A stretch of DNA of 64,000 bases from Thecamonas trahens ATCC 50062 (GCF_000142905.1 NW_013657675.1:434001-498000), one strand, 5' to 3'; numbered from the stretch's first letter, positions 21,216 to 32,838 are shown. Numbers and translations are program-made. The notes: generated by a model not told the origin, from the letters alone.

Positions 21216-21559
21216 TCCCAGGCGCATCCTTGTCGGCATCGATAGTCAGCAAGCCATCCCCCTGTCCTGCGCCCTGGCCGTCTGCGAGCGTAGTACTTTG
21301 CACTGCCCTCAGCCTTTATGCAAATGTAACTGCAAGCCGTGAGACTCCTGGCCCACCACTACCACAGCCATCGACTCGGCAACTGGCGGGCAAGATGACT
21401 TGGTCGCCAACTGACAGCGACTGGCCATCTGACAGCGACGAAACCATTCCGTTGCCACAACACAAACAACGATTACGACAGCGACACGGCGACAACCAAA
21501 CTCCCAGAGACCGGCCGAGTCGACCAGCCATTCGACTTGTGCCCATAAGCAAGACCACC

Positions 21560-24076
21560 ATGGCTGCTACAAACGAGACCGACCCGAACGTATGTAACCA
21601 GATAGAGGGAAAGGAGGGGAGGGGAGCTGGGGAAGGCGGGGGGCGGGGGGGCGGGGGGGGGGGGAGGGGGAAGGAGAGGGAAGGCGCCGAAAGAGGAAGA
21701 GCGTTCTTTGTTGGCGAACGGCTGGTGGTGAGGCGAGGGGGGGGGAGGGGAGGGCAGGGTTTGCGCATCCAGNNNNNNNNNNNNNNNNNNNNNNNNNNNN
21801 NNNNNNNNNNNNNNNNNNNNNNNNNNNNNNNNNNNNNNNNNNNNNNNNNNNNNNNNNNNNNNNNNNNNNNNNNNNNNNNNNNNNNNNNNNNNNNNNNNNN
21901 NNNNNNNNNNNNNNNNNNNNNNNNNNNNNNNNNNNNNNNNNNNNNNNNNNNNNNNNNNNNNNNNNNNNNNNNNNNNNNNNNNNNNNNNNNNNNNNNNNNN
22001 NNNNNNNNNNNNNNNNNNNNNNNNNNNNNNNNNNNNNNNNNNNNNNNNNNNNNNNNNNNNNNNNNNNNNNNNNNNNNNNNNNNNNNNNNNNNNNNNNNNN
22101 NNNNNNNNNNNNNNNNNNNNNNNNNNNNNNNNNNNNNNNNNNNNNNNNNNNNNNNNNNNNNNNNNNNNNNNNNNNNNNNGCGGTGGGAGGGGCAGGGGGT
22201 GGGGGAGGGGGGGGAAGACTGACTCTGTTTGGGGGTGATGGCTGATGGTGATTGTGCTGGTGCTGGTGCTGGTGCTGCTGGTGTTTGTGGTGGTCTGGCT
22301 TGGTGGTGCCGTTTGCGGTGTCGGGGGGCTGGCCTGGCGGGGGACACAGTGGGAGTTCTACTGCCGGCAGTGGAAGGAGGGAGCCCACCATCGCGTGGGC
22401 AAGGCAACAGTGCTGACCCATGCCAAGCCCAAGAAGCTGGAGAAGCTCAAGTCGTACAAGGAACAATTTTTCTGCTCGGATTGGAAGCGCATCGAGTGGT
22501 TTGATGCTCCGGGTCTCAAGCGCCCGCGCGGTGGCATCGACTACAAGTTCATCCAGGACGTGGTCACGCCATCAGCAGCAAAGGTGCCGAGCGAGGCTCT
22601 GTTCTCATTCGACATTGTTCATTTGGAGGACAAGAAAAAGAAGCCCAAGACCCTGCGCCAGACCATCATCGTCATCGAGGAGGGCGCGCGCCGCGACGCT
22701 CTCAAGTTCTACCGCGACGTCCGTGAGACCTGGCTCAAGCATCCGTTCACAGTCCGCGACAAGGGCGTGACCTGCCCGGGCAAGCCGCCGGTTGAGCCGC
22801 ATGTCCTCGCCAAGCCCGACACCTCGCCGGCGCCTATTGAGATCGAGGGCTCGTTCTCACGCGAAGCTCCAACGCTCGTCACCGACTTTGTTGTCCCGCC
22901 CGGAGGCGGCCTCATTGTTGCCGCCGAGGAGGAGCACGGCATCCAAATGTGGACCGGCTCCAATGCGTCGTATACGATGCAGTATGCCGAGGCCGGTGCT
23001 GGCTCTGTCGGCGCCCTTGACCACGCCCTGTATGTTGACGAGCATGTCGTCGGCGTTGGCTACGCCTCGGGCCGCATCCAGGTCTTCCGCATGGAGTCGG
23101 CATCGCTCACGCCGTTCCTCTCGTTCGAAATGGGCGACCTGTCCGACGGCGTCACCATCACCCATCTCCGCATGTCGTCCTCCCCGCACATTCTCTTTGC
23201 TGCTGCCGGCAACAAGCTCGGCTGCTTTTCTATCGATTCGGGCGAGCAGGTCGCCATTGTTGAGACTCCGAGCGTCATTACTGCCCTTGACGTTGCTCCA
23301 TCGAGCTCGGGCGGCACCATTGCCGTCGTCGGCATGTCCGGCGCCGGTGGCGCGGCAGCTTCGGTCCTCCTCTACGATTCAGCGACCATGGCGAACGGCA
23401 GCCCGTCGCTGGCCATGGCCGGCCACACCGATGTCTCGATCCATGACTCAGTCGTCTACTCGGCCCGCAACGCCATGGTCTTCTCCGTCGCCGCCGACGG
23501 CAAGGTGCTGGGCTGGTCGATGGACTCGGCCGCGCCTGCCGCCGAGGCCTCGCCCGCTGGCGGTGCTGCTCTCAAGTGGCTGGCCGTAGCCAGCGAGGCG
23601 TCGGTTGCTGCTGTCGTCACCGCCGACGGCTCCGCCATGCACCTCCTCCGGACGCCCACCCTCGAGACTATTGCCTCGTTTGAGCTGGCCAACCTACCCG
23701 CGACTGCGCCCCAGTTTGTCAAGGGCTCGACGCTGGTGTACAGCGACGGGAGCAAGGTTCTGATCACTGACGCCTCGCACTCGCTTCCGTTTGCCATGAT
23801 CGAGACCGAGGCTCCAGTGGCCAAGGTCATCTACGTCCCGGCCACCGCCCAGTTGACCATTCTCGGCGCCGATGGCTTTGTCCGGCTTGTCACAAAGCTT
23901 CAGATGCGGGTCGAGGCCTGTGCCCGCGACTTTGAGAACAAGCTCACGGCTCTGGAGCGCTGGCGCGAGAAAACGCCAAGAACATCGAAAAGCTCGAGGT
24001 GTACCAGGCCGAGCTCGCCGAGTACACAGCAAAGGTTCAGGCCTTTGAGCAGGCCACTGCCGCAGGCAATCCGTAA
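21560..24076 (+). CDS. PH-like domain + WD40/beta-propeller + short C-terminal coiled coil protein; frameshift at A4 23970-23973
   Basis: Exon 1 21560-21589 (MAATNETDPN) and GTATGT donor at 21590. The intron spans a gap to CACAG 22349, and exon 2 begins WEFYCRQWKEG. WD-like repeats (AGHTDVSIHD, SVAADGKVLGW). The -1 frame gives NAKNIEKLEVYQAELAEY...GNP* ending at 24076. Confidence 0.7.
21773..22179. other. Assembly gap within an intron
   Basis: N run flanked by G-tracts. Confidence 1.
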
Positions 24077-24102
24077 CCCTTCGATAAACACTCCCGCACA
24101 TA

Positions 24103-25272
24103 TCACCCTCCCATCGCCCGACTCGCGTCCACAGAGAGCGGTGCTGAACAGTACGGGCACCGGCCAAAGAGAGTGTGAAAGGCCTGTCGGACCGACGGCA
24201 GCGATCGCATCCAATCGACGAGGCATCCGAGATGGAACGGCCGCCCACACTGCGGATTTTGACATGGCACATCTGGCCCATTCTCACCGCCCTCGGTGCT
24301 GCTCTCGTTGCTCTCGCCGCCCACGCTGTACGAGTAGCAGATCCCGCACTCGAGCTCCGAGATCCCGTCGCCGGCAATCCCAGCCGCAGGTCGTGCTGGC
24401 AGACATGTCTCCAGAGCCGCTTCGAGCTTGTCCTTGAGTGGTAGGTTAGGCGACGCCGGCCAGGACGCCGCGTTGCGGGCTAGTGCCTTGCGTAGCGGCT
24501 CGATCCGCGCGTTTGCACCCATGAACTTGATCCGCGGCAGCGCATGTGGGTTGAGCGGATCGAGCTGGATGTGCATCGACATGTGGTTGCCGAGCGCTAA
24601 CCGCCGCGCAAATGAGCCGCGATGTGGTGTGGTAGGTTCGAGAACGTGGCAACATCCATCAAGAGCGTCCATCACTCGCCAGAACGGCACATACTGGGCC
24701 AGTGTCTCGCGGAAGGCGGCCAAGATGGCGGCCAGGTCGAGGACGCCTGGCTCGAGCCGAGGCTCAAATGGGATAGCTGCGGCAGCGGCCACCGCCCATC
24801 CGGACGCGCCCTCGGGCCGGACTACAAGTTCGAGCTCGTGCTCGCGTCCATCGTCGTCGCCAGCCACCAGCACAATGCGCCCGGCCTCTGCGTCGAGGCT
24901 CTTGAGCACGCCCCATCCAACCTTGTCCAGCTCGGCCACAAGAGCGGCATAGACCCGCGACTCGGCGAGCGACGCAATCCGCGGCTTGCCCTCGGCCTCG
25001 ACCGCCGCGCGTGCCGCTCTGCATGCCAAGTGCTCCACTTCTTCCACAAACGTCTGTGCGTCTGCCGCTGCCGCCAGCCGGGCAGCTACCGCCCCCCTCG
25101 CACCGGCCAGGCACGCCGCCAGCTGTGGGTCCACAGCCACTGCCCTCGCCTCCGGTCGACCATCAGGAAGCCACACCGCAAGCCTATGCACAGCCTCGCC
25201 CACCCGCACAAGCCCTACCCATCCGCCTTGCTCCGCGTCGACCTCCACCACCACCGGTCGGCGACTGGTCAT
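24103..25272 (-). CDS. FANCL: Fanconi anemia E3 ubiquitin ligase FANCL
   Basis: RWD region FWRVMDALDGCCHVLEP...RRLALG...DPLNP..LP. C-terminal RING CGICYSY...CQNPQCGRPFHLGCLVDWMRSLPSVRQAFHTLFGRCPYC. Confidence 0.93.
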   Translation of the reverse strand: MTSRRPVVVEVDAEQGGWVGLVRVGEAVHRLAVWLPDGRPEARAVAVDPQLAACLAGARGAVAARLAAAADAQTFVEEVEHLACRAARAAVEAEGKPRIASLAESRVYAALVAELDKVGWGVLKSLDAEAGRIVLVAGDDDGREHELELVVRPEGASGWAVAAAAAIPFEPRLEPGVLDLAAILAAFRETLAQYVPFWRVMDALDGCCHVLEPTTPHRGSFARRLALGNHMSMHIQLDPLNPHALPRIKFMGANARIEPLRKALARNAASWPASPNLPLKDKLEAALETCLPARPAAGIAGDGISELECGICYSYSVGGESNESSTEGGENGPDVPCQNPQCGRPFHLGCLVDWMRSLPSVRQAFHTLFGRCPYCSAPLSVDASRAMGG

Positions 25273-25816
25273 GCCCTGGAGAGGGGTGTGCTCGCTCACA
25301 GCAGATGGCCAGTCTGAAAAAGGTCGTGGTTGTGGGGAGGGAACACTCGATGAGTCATACCAGCCAATCGTAGAAGAGGAAGGGGAGAGGGAGGGAGAGA
25401 GGTTGATATCTGATGTACGCTATTCTAGCAGGGATTAGGGTGCGAATAAGACAACCTGCTTTAGCTTCTCATCTCCTTCCACCCAACTAAGATCCGCTTT
25501 TGTCCTCGTGAAAGGCTGACAACTTGTGATCTCTCTTTTCTCTGCCGTTCACACCAGCTGAAGAACTGTACAGAACAGATTATCCCTGCCTCCTCTCCAG
25601 AGCTCCTCCGCCCCCTCCCTCTAATATTGTTGTCCACCCACATATCCATTGCATCCAATCCATCCTAGTTCACCGACACTAGGAGATGGAGGCACTTGAC
25701 GCCTGTACCCGTGGGATGCTGTCAGGATCACCCTCTTTGGCACGCCATGTGGCTGGCCCTCCCCTTCCTCCCCCCACACGCTGTTCACCTCAGTACACTC
25801 CACGCAAACCCAAGAC

Positions 25817-27745
25817 ATGACAGGTGCGATACAAACGGCGGCGGTGATGGCGGTGGTGGTGCTGGTGATGAGCGGAGCGAGTCACTGCGCCGCGAGTGTT
25901 GTGGGCCACTCGCTGCAGATGGACGAGGCCTCGGGCGCGGTGCTGACCATCCGTGAAGGGACGCTGCTTCTGGGCGAGAGGGCCATTCCGCGGATTGTGT
26001 TTGAGGCGTCTGGTCCAGGCATCAAGTCGATCGCTGGTGTGCAGACTTTGGTTGTGCCGTCGACTGCTGCGGCGTTCTCGGTCCTTTACGTCAACGAGCT
26101 CGAGGCCAACGAGACCACGGTCCACATTCACGGCCAGACTCCGCCACAGAACCTGGATGGCGTGCCGTACCTCTCGGCGCTGCCGATCCGACCCAAGCGA
26201 TCACAGTATGTGGCGTACCCCCTTGTTGGCAACAATCTCGGCGCCAACACTGGGACGTACTTTGCACACGGTCACTTTGGCTACCAGCACTCGCTCGGCC
26301 TCGCCATGCCGGTCATTGTCAAGGGGCCGCCTCCTGCAGGGTATCCCCTCCTTGCAGCACTTGATGCTGCAGAGGACGTAGTTGTCTTTCTTGAGGACGT
26401 GTGCCCGTACTTTGCCGACGATCCGTCCACCAATCCAACATGCACCGAGCCGTTTGAAGTCTACGCTCGCCTTGTCGATGCCTGGGCCGACGAGGCTGCG
26501 TCGTTCAACTACTCGCAGTGCATGGAGCCAGCGACTGGAACGGATGTGCTGTACCGGTATCAGACTGCCAACTCGCGGCTGGCATCCGATCCAGCCGTGG
26601 TCGAGGCTGTGCCTGGCGGAAAGCTGCGGTTGCGGTTTATAGCTGCGTCGGGCATGACCAACTACCGCATCGTTCTCCCACCGGAGGTTCGGGAGACCGC
26701 TCGTGCAGTGGCGGTCGATGGACAGTGGATTCTTCCGCTGGAGCCGGGCAGCGACGGTGAGTTCTGGCTCGCGGTGGCGCAGCGGCTCGATGTGCTCATT
26801 GAGGCCCCACAGACGCCCGGGGCGTATCCGGTCTTTGCTCAGGCCGAAAGCCTAGAGCCAGGCTCGCTGCAGTCAGCCATCACGATTGTTGTCGGTGGGC
26901 CGGCACACATCCCTGCTCCGGGTGTGTACTCGGTGACCACCTCAATTCCGCCTGGCATCATGAACTTTGCGCAGGAGCTGCGGCTGCAGGCGTACCGGCT
27001 CGGTGGCACCGATGAGCTTCCCGATTTCGCGCAGCCGGACAAGCTGTTCCGTCTGGAGCTGACTGGCGACAACGGATTCAACTCGATCAATCGTGCGTCG
27101 TACCAGCTGGTTCCGTTCGCACCACTGCCGTACTCGGCCAACCCCAACGCGCTGGTGGTTGATCTGGGTGACAAGGTTTGCATCGACTACGTCAACTTCA
27201 ATGCTGACCCGCATGCCATGCATCTGCACATGCACTCGTTTATGGTGGTGGAGATTGATGGGCAGCCGGTGAATGGGGCCATTCGCGACACGCTGCTTAT
27301 GGCGCGTGGCGGATGCCACTCTGCTCGCATCTGCTTTGTGGCCGATGCCCCTGGCCCCGCGCTTCTGCACTGCCACATGAGTTTTCACCTCTTTGCCGGC
27401 ATGGTGACGACGGTCGAGTACTCGTCGACCGCTCGGGTGGCGCCGTCTTACACCGCGCCGATGGGACTTGTCCCGCGGCCCGCGGCCTCTACCGCGCCGA
27501 CGTCCCCCGCCTCGATCTCTCGGGGCGAAGCCGCTGCAATTGGCCTCTTTGCCTTTCTCGTCTGTTCCATCCTCGCTGGCGTTTGCTTCTTGGCGGCCCG
27601 CTGGTGGAGCAGACGGGTAGACTCATCCCCACGCTGGCCACACTCCTCCCCGGCTGGCTCCCCGCTTGTCGCTGTCCGTCCGCTCCGCCGCACCGGCTCT
27701 ACCTCATCGTCGCACACCTCGCACACCCTCACACCCGACACGTGA
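25817..27745 (+). CDS. Multicopper oxidase (3-domain) with signal peptide and C-terminal TM anchor
   Basis: All four Cu-binding motifs are present: HIHG, FAHGH, HAMHLHMH and LHCHMSFHLFAGM (T1 axial Met). Hydrophobic N-terminus and a TM segment AAAIGLFAFLVCSILAGVCFLAA. Confidence 0.92.
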   Translation: MTGAIQTAAVMAVVVLVMSGASHCAASVVGHSLQMDEASGAVLTIREGTLLLGERAIPRIVFEASGPGIKSIAGVQTLVVPSTAAAFSVLYVNELEANETTVHIHGQTPPQNLDGVPYLSALPIRPKRSQYVAYPLVGNNLGANTGTYFAHGHFGYQHSLGLAMPVIVKGPPPAGYPLLAALDAAEDVVVFLEDVCPYFADDPSTNPTCTEPFEVYARLVDAWADEAASFNYSQCMEPATGTDVLYRYQTANSRLASDPAVVEAVPGGKLRLRFIAASGMTNYRIVLPPEVRETARAVAVDGQWILPLEPGSDGEFWLAVAQRLDVLIEAPQTPGAYPVFAQAESLEPGSLQSAITIVVGGPAHIPAPGVYSVTTSIPPGIMNFAQELRLQAYRLGGTDELPDFAQPDKLFRLELTGDNGFNSINRASYQLVPFAPLPYSANPNALVVDLGDKVCIDYVNFNADPHAMHLHMHSFMVVEIDGQPVNGAIRDTLLMARGGCHSARICFVADAPGPALLHCHMSFHLFAGMVTTVEYSSTARVAPSYTAPMGLVPRPAASTAPTSPASISRGEAAAIGLFAFLVCSILAGVCFLAARWWSRRVDSSPRWPHSSPAGSPLVAVRPLRRTGSTSSSHTSHTLTPDT

Positions 27746-28126
27746 ACGCCCACCCACGTTCGTAAAAGCCAGAGAACTGCGCCGATCCGTTGTTGGGCTG
27801 CCTCGGGCATCGACCTTGTCTGCCTGTCGGGCAGTGTGTCACATTGGCCTGCCATCGTTCGCACGTGTCTCGCTCCCGCCAGCAGGAGCAAGGTCTTAGC
27901 CGCGCCCCCCCCCCCCCAACGCGAGTCAGCTCACGCCACCAGACCTCTCACCCAAGAACTTTGACGAGGAGAGGGAGCGAAGCAGGAGAAGAGGCAAGGG
28001 AGCCGTCGGGAGTATGTCATCAGCAGCTCGCAGCAGCCGCAGTCCGGGAAAGACGACAGCAACTACAACAACCACGACGACAGTGGGTACGGGGCGACAG
28101 AGATTGGTGGAGGAGGCACGTCGACG

Positions 28127-30082
28127 ATGACAACCGAGACGACGGGAACAGTAAGGACGATGGAGACGACAGGAGGTATGGGTGAGGTGGACAGGCGGTT
28201 TCTTGGCGAGCTGTGGGCGCTGGCCAAGGTGGCGGTGCCGTCAGTCGGGTCGAAGCAGGCGCTGCTGCTGATGGCCCACACGGCGGCGCTGGGCGCGCGG
28301 ACGCTACTCTCGATCCGCGTGGCACAGCAAGACGCGGCTCTGGTGCGGAACATTGTCTCAGGTCGCAAGCGGCAGTTCTTTCTGGAGCTGGCCAAGTGGC
28401 TGGCGCTAGCAGTGCCGGCGACCGGGTGCAACGCGCTGATCAAGTACCTGGAGGACTCAGTGGCGCTGGCGTTCCGCTCGCGGCTAGTGGCCCACTTTTA
28501 CTCGGCGTATACCGCCGATGAGACGTACTACCGGGTTGACAACATGGACACCCGGCTCGACTCTGCGGATCAGTGCTTGACCGATGACATTGCGTCGTTT
28601 TGTAGCAACCTGGCCTCGCTCTGGTCGCAGATCTCCAAGCCGCTGCTCGACCTGCTCATTCTCTCGTTGACGCTCATTGCACATGCGCGGTCGCGTGGGC
28701 TCAAGCCGGGCTTTATTCCTGCGATTCTGGGCTTTGGCGCCATGTTCTCGACCGGCCGCATCCTGCGGTGGGCCTCGCCGCCGTTTGGGGCCATGGTGGC
28801 CAAGCAAGCGGCGCTCGAGGGCGCGCTGCGAACAGCGCACGCGCGGTTGATCTCGTCTGCGGAAGAGATTGCGTTTCAGGGCGGGCATGCGCTTGAGGCG
28901 AGCTACCTACTTACGGCGTACTACTCGCTGGCAAAACACTTGCGGTTTCTGTTCAAGGAGCGGATCCTGTACAACATGCTCGAGGGATTTCTGCTCAAGT
29001 ACGTCTGGTCTGCGGTGGGCCTTCTGATGGTGGCGATTCCGTCGTTCAACGCCGACGAGAGCGCAGTGGCAGCGTCGGGTCTTGACCCGGATGACGTGTC
29101 GATGCGGACCGAGGGCTTTGTCTTTGCCAAGAAGATGCTGCAGTCGCTGGCGGACGCAGCGCAGCGGTTGCTGGCGTCTTACAAGCAGCTGAAGGAGCTC
29201 GCGGGGCGGACGGCGCGTGTCTCGCACATGTCCAAGGTCTTTTCGGACGTTGCCGACGGAGTGTACGTCAAGGGTGACGCTTCGGAGTGGACTGATAAGC
29301 GCGGGCAGGTGGAGGTGGGCGAGTACATTTCGTTCGACAGTGTCCCGGTTGTGACGCCGACCGGTGACGTTCTTGTTCGCGAGCTGACGTTTGCCATTGC
29401 GCCTGGCAACCACTTGCTCATCACGGGGCCGAATGGGTGCGGCAAGTCGTCGCTGTTCCGAATCCTTGGCGGGCTATGGCCATGCCACGGCGGGGCGGTG
29501 GTCAAGCCTGCAGGCACGCAGCTGTTCTACATTCCGCAGCGGCCATACCTCTCGCTCGGCAATCTGCGAGAGCAGATCATCTATCCTGACTCTGTCGAGG
29601 TGATGGCGGGCAAGGGGGTGAGCGACGACGACCTTGTGGAACTGATGGCGCGGCTGTCGGTTGATCACATTGTGGCGCGCGAAGGTGGATGGGGAGCGGA
29701 GCAAGCATGGGACGACGTGCTCTCTAGCGGCGAGAAGCAGTGCATTGCGATTGCGCGGCTGCTGTACCATCGTCCTAAGTTTGCGATTCTTGACGAGTGC
29801 TCGTCGGCGGTGTCGTACGAGATTGAGGAGGCGATGTACGCATCTGCCAAGGCCATGGGCATCACGCTGCTGACAGTGACGCACCGGTCGTCGCTGTGGA
29901 AGTACCACAACCGCATCTTGCAGTTTGACGGCGAGGGAGGCTACGTGTTTGGCCCGCTCGACGCAGAGGGGCGGCTGGCGCTTCGCAAGGAGAAGGTGGC
30001 CATCGAGGGCCAGCTCATCGACGCGCCACGGATGCAGCAGCGGCTGGATCAGCTGGACGCGCTACTCGCGGCGGCGACGTGA
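28127..30082 (+). CDS. ABCD: Peroxisomal ABC half-transporter, subfamily D (PMP70/ALDP-like); 5' end uncertain
   Basis: YYRVDNMDTRLDSADQCLT, EAA-like SAEEIAFQGG, Walker A GPNGCGKS, FYIPQRPY, signature LSSGEKQ and Walker B AILDECSS. Confidence 0.93.
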   Translation: MTTETTGTVRTMETTGGMGEVDRRFLGELWALAKVAVPSVGSKQALLLMAHTAALGARTLLSIRVAQQDAALVRNIVSGRKRQFFLELAKWLALAVPATGCNALIKYLEDSVALAFRSRLVAHFYSAYTADETYYRVDNMDTRLDSADQCLTDDIASFCSNLASLWSQISKPLLDLLILSLTLIAHARSRGLKPGFIPAILGFGAMFSTGRILRWASPPFGAMVAKQAALEGALRTAHARLISSAEEIAFQGGHALEASYLLTAYYSLAKHLRFLFKERILYNMLEGFLLKYVWSAVGLLMVAIPSFNADESAVAASGLDPDDVSMRTEGFVFAKKMLQSLADAAQRLLASYKQLKELAGRTARVSHMSKVFSDVADGVYVKGDASEWTDKRGQVEVGEYISFDSVPVVTPTGDVLVRELTFAIAPGNHLLITGPNGCGKSSLFRILGGLWPCHGGAVVKPAGTQLFYIPQRPYLSLGNLREQIIYPDSVEVMAGKGVSDDDLVELMARLSVDHIVAREGGWGAEQAWDDVLSSGEKQCIAIARLLYHRPKFAILDECSSAVSYEIEEAMYASAKAMGITLLTVTHRSSLWKYHNRILQFDGEGGYVFGPLDAEGRLALRKEKVAIEGQLIDAPRMQQRLDQLDALLAAAT

Positions 30083-32662
30083 CCGGGAGTCACGTCTGCG
30101 ACTTGGGTCGAAGACGACGACTCGTCGGCGTTGTCGGTGTCGGCCGAGACAAATTCGTACTCATCGCTGGATGAGTCTAGGTCTTCACCACTTTTGACGA
30201 TTTCGAGGTTGCGCTTGCTGGTCTCCAGGTCCCAGCCGGAGACGAGACCTTCGTAGGTTTCGGATGGCGGAATGACGGCGGGCTCTGGTGAGAAGGAAAT
30301 GGAGGACGAGCGGCGACGGCCTGGGCCGCGACGCGAGAGCCGTTCTGTCAGTAGGTTGGCGGCCTTGCCCTTGGCTCTGAGCTGGGTAAAGTGGTCGGAG
30401 GCCTTGGCAAGGAACTGATCCAAGCCGCCGTCGACGTTCTGGAGGGTAAGGCTGAGCAGAGAGCTGACTTCTTCGGATGCGACGCCGCCATCTTCGTCTT
30501 CAAGCAAGTCGTTGGCATCGACCTTGGCGTCCCACGGCGATGAGCCGACCCAGACCAAGAGCGGGACGAGGACGTGGAACGGGATGGACTCGGAGCTCAC
30601 GTTTTCTGGATCGTTCTCGATAAACGCGGCTATGACAGCATCGACTGAATCAAAGGTGACTCGCGGCACGTCGCGCGGCAGCGACTCGTCGGACTTGGCC
30701 GAGTGCAAGACAAACGGAGCATCGTCGTCCGACTCGTCGGCCGAGACATCAGAGGCGTGCAGCGTGGTCGACAGGTCAGACTCATCGAGTGGAAGCGAGC
30801 GGAGCGTCGACGCGACATGATCGACAATGAACGAATCGCGTTCGAGGCTCTCGTTGATGGCCATCAGCGAGTCCTGAACGGCATTCAGGCGCTCGTTCAC
30901 AGGGACGGACACCAGGTCGTCGAGGCGGGCGTGGATGCCTGTGAGATCAAAAGCAGCGACGAGCTCGTCGAGGCGGGCATTGACGTGGGTGAGGTCTGGG
31001 CCGGAGTGGGCGATGAGTGAGTCCAGCTTGGCCTCGACGCCGGAGAGGTCGATTTCAACTCCTGCCGCCGGCTCGGGCGCAGGCCGGGCCATCAGTTCGT
31101 CCAGCTTGGACTCCACCGTAGAAAGATCCACCTCGGCAGCCGCCGCTGGCTCGGGCACAGGCCGGGCCATCAGCTGGTCCAGCTTGGACTCCAATCCCGA
31201 CAGGTCCACCTCGACAGCCGCCGCTGGCTCGGGCACAGGCCGGGCCATCAGTTCGTCCAGCTTGGACTCCACTCGCGACAGATCCACCTCTGGCACAACC
31301 ATAGGCTCGGGCGCAGGCCGGGCCATCAGCTCGTCCAGCTTGGACTCCACCGTAGAAAGATCCACCTCTGGCACAACCATAGGCTCGGGCGCAGGCCGGG
31401 CCATCAGTTCGTTCAGCTTGGACTCCACTCCCGACAGATCCACCTCGACAGCCGCCGCCGGCTCGGGCGCAGGCCGGGCCATCAGCTCATCCAGCTTGGT
31501 CTCCACCGTAGAAAGGTCCACCTCGACAGCCGCCGCTGGCTCGGGCGCAGGCCGGGCCATCAGCTGGTCCAGCTTGGACTCCACCGTAGAAAGATCCACC
31601 TCAACAGCCGCCGCTGGCTCGGGCACAGGCCGGGCCATCAGTTCGTCCAGCTTGGACTCCACTCCCGACAGGTCGACGACAACGTCGGGCTTGGCCGCCA
31701 GATCATCGATACAAGACGCCTGTCCATCTACAAGGCGGGCAATAAGATCCACTCGCTCGCCCGTGCCCATGACAACATCTGCGAGCTGCTCTAGCTGCTG
31801 TGCCACGGACGCGATCTGTCCCGCGAGCGGCGCAGTGACGGCCATGTGGCGGGCGTGGGTCTCGACCAGCATGTCCAGCCGCGCGTTCAGTGCCGCATCC
31901 ACTTCGGCAGCAACCCGGACCGCAATGCGCTCCTCCAGATCTTCCAGGCCGGCCCGAACCTGGGTCTGCTGCTCCCGCTCGGCAGCAACGCTTTGCACCA
32001 CCAGCGATAAATCCGCGCCGCTCTTGTTCATGCTCTCCTTCAGGTTGGCGAGCTCGGCAAGGACACGCTCTTCCAGATGCGCCGCCCATGAGGCACCCAC
32101 CGATGGAGAAGAAGTCCTTGATTCTCGAGCCGAGGCGCGCAGCCTGCCTGTCCGCGGCGAGCTGACCGATCCACCCGGCGGCGTGCTCGGCGGAGTGCCC
32201 GCCGGCCCAGGTGGCGGGACCGGCCTCTGTCCACCGCCCTGTAGCTCTTCATGCAGCCGCGAACATTCTTCCTCCTTGGCCCGCAGCTGGGTCAGCACCC
32301 TCCGCAGTGTTGTCCGGTACTTGTTCGTCAGGTGCTATGTATCCCTCACGTATCCCCCCAACCCATGTATGCCCCGCTACCGTGAGCAGACTCGCCCGTG
32401 CCACAGCCCCCCCCACCGCCCCCCCCCCCCCCCCCTCCTCCTCCATCTCCATTCCTCCGATCCCTTTCTTTTCCCCCATCCCCATCATATGGGATTCCGC
32501 TTCTTGTCGAACGAACATGGTTGGCTAGCCCCGAACAACACGAGCGAAGAGCCAGCCAAACCAACGACATGGTTGGCCAGTCGAACGAGCCCATAAACGC
32601 ATTGTTGGCCAGCCAAGCGAGCGCAGACTAGCAGTACGTTGGCGGCTCACTTGCGTTGGCAT
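30049..32662 (-). CDS. Coiled-coil protein with 26-aa tandem repeats
   Basis: ORF 30049-32334. A predicted micro-exon 32651-32662 (MPTQ; GTGAGC donor, TAG acceptor at 32335) joins in frame to HLTNKYRTTLRRVLTQLRAKEEE; this exon is tentative. Confidence 0.75.
31051..31674 (-). repeat. Coding minisatellite, 8 x 78 bp (DLSxVESKLDELMARPAPEPAAAVEV), followed by degenerate copies
   Basis: Direct inspection shows CAGCTTGGACTCCA and GGCCGGGCCATCAG recurring every 78 nt. Confidence 0.95.
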
Positions 32663-32772
32663 GATGCCTCCCCCTCCTCCTCCTCCTAGCGCACCCTCGG
32701 CTCAGATCCTGCCTTCCAAGCACACTCTCCATCGACCGCCATCGCCCGAATGTACAGACCACCACCACCACC

Positions 32773-32838
32773 ACACACACCAACATACACACGGAGACAC
32801 GCGAACACACACACACACACACACACAGACACACACAC
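32773..32838. repeat. Imperfect (CA)n microsatellite
   Basis: Visible CA runs in the divergent intergenic region. Confidence 0.85.

Noticed and set aside
25560-25590. GAACTGTACAGAACAGATTA resembles the U6 snRNA core
   Set aside because: The invariant ACAGAGA and AGC elements are not intact, and there is no U6 5' stem or 3' U-tract.
31051-31674. Regularly spaced repeats resembling a CRISPR array
   Set aside because: Units are contiguous, in-frame 78-bp coding repeats with no unique spacers, in a eukaryotic gene, with no cas genes.
30935-32596. 553-aa plus-strand ORF, and other long antisense ORFs such as 45922-47829 and 17130-18410
   Set aside because: Shadow frames of GC-rich genes on the opposite strand; no motifs of their own.
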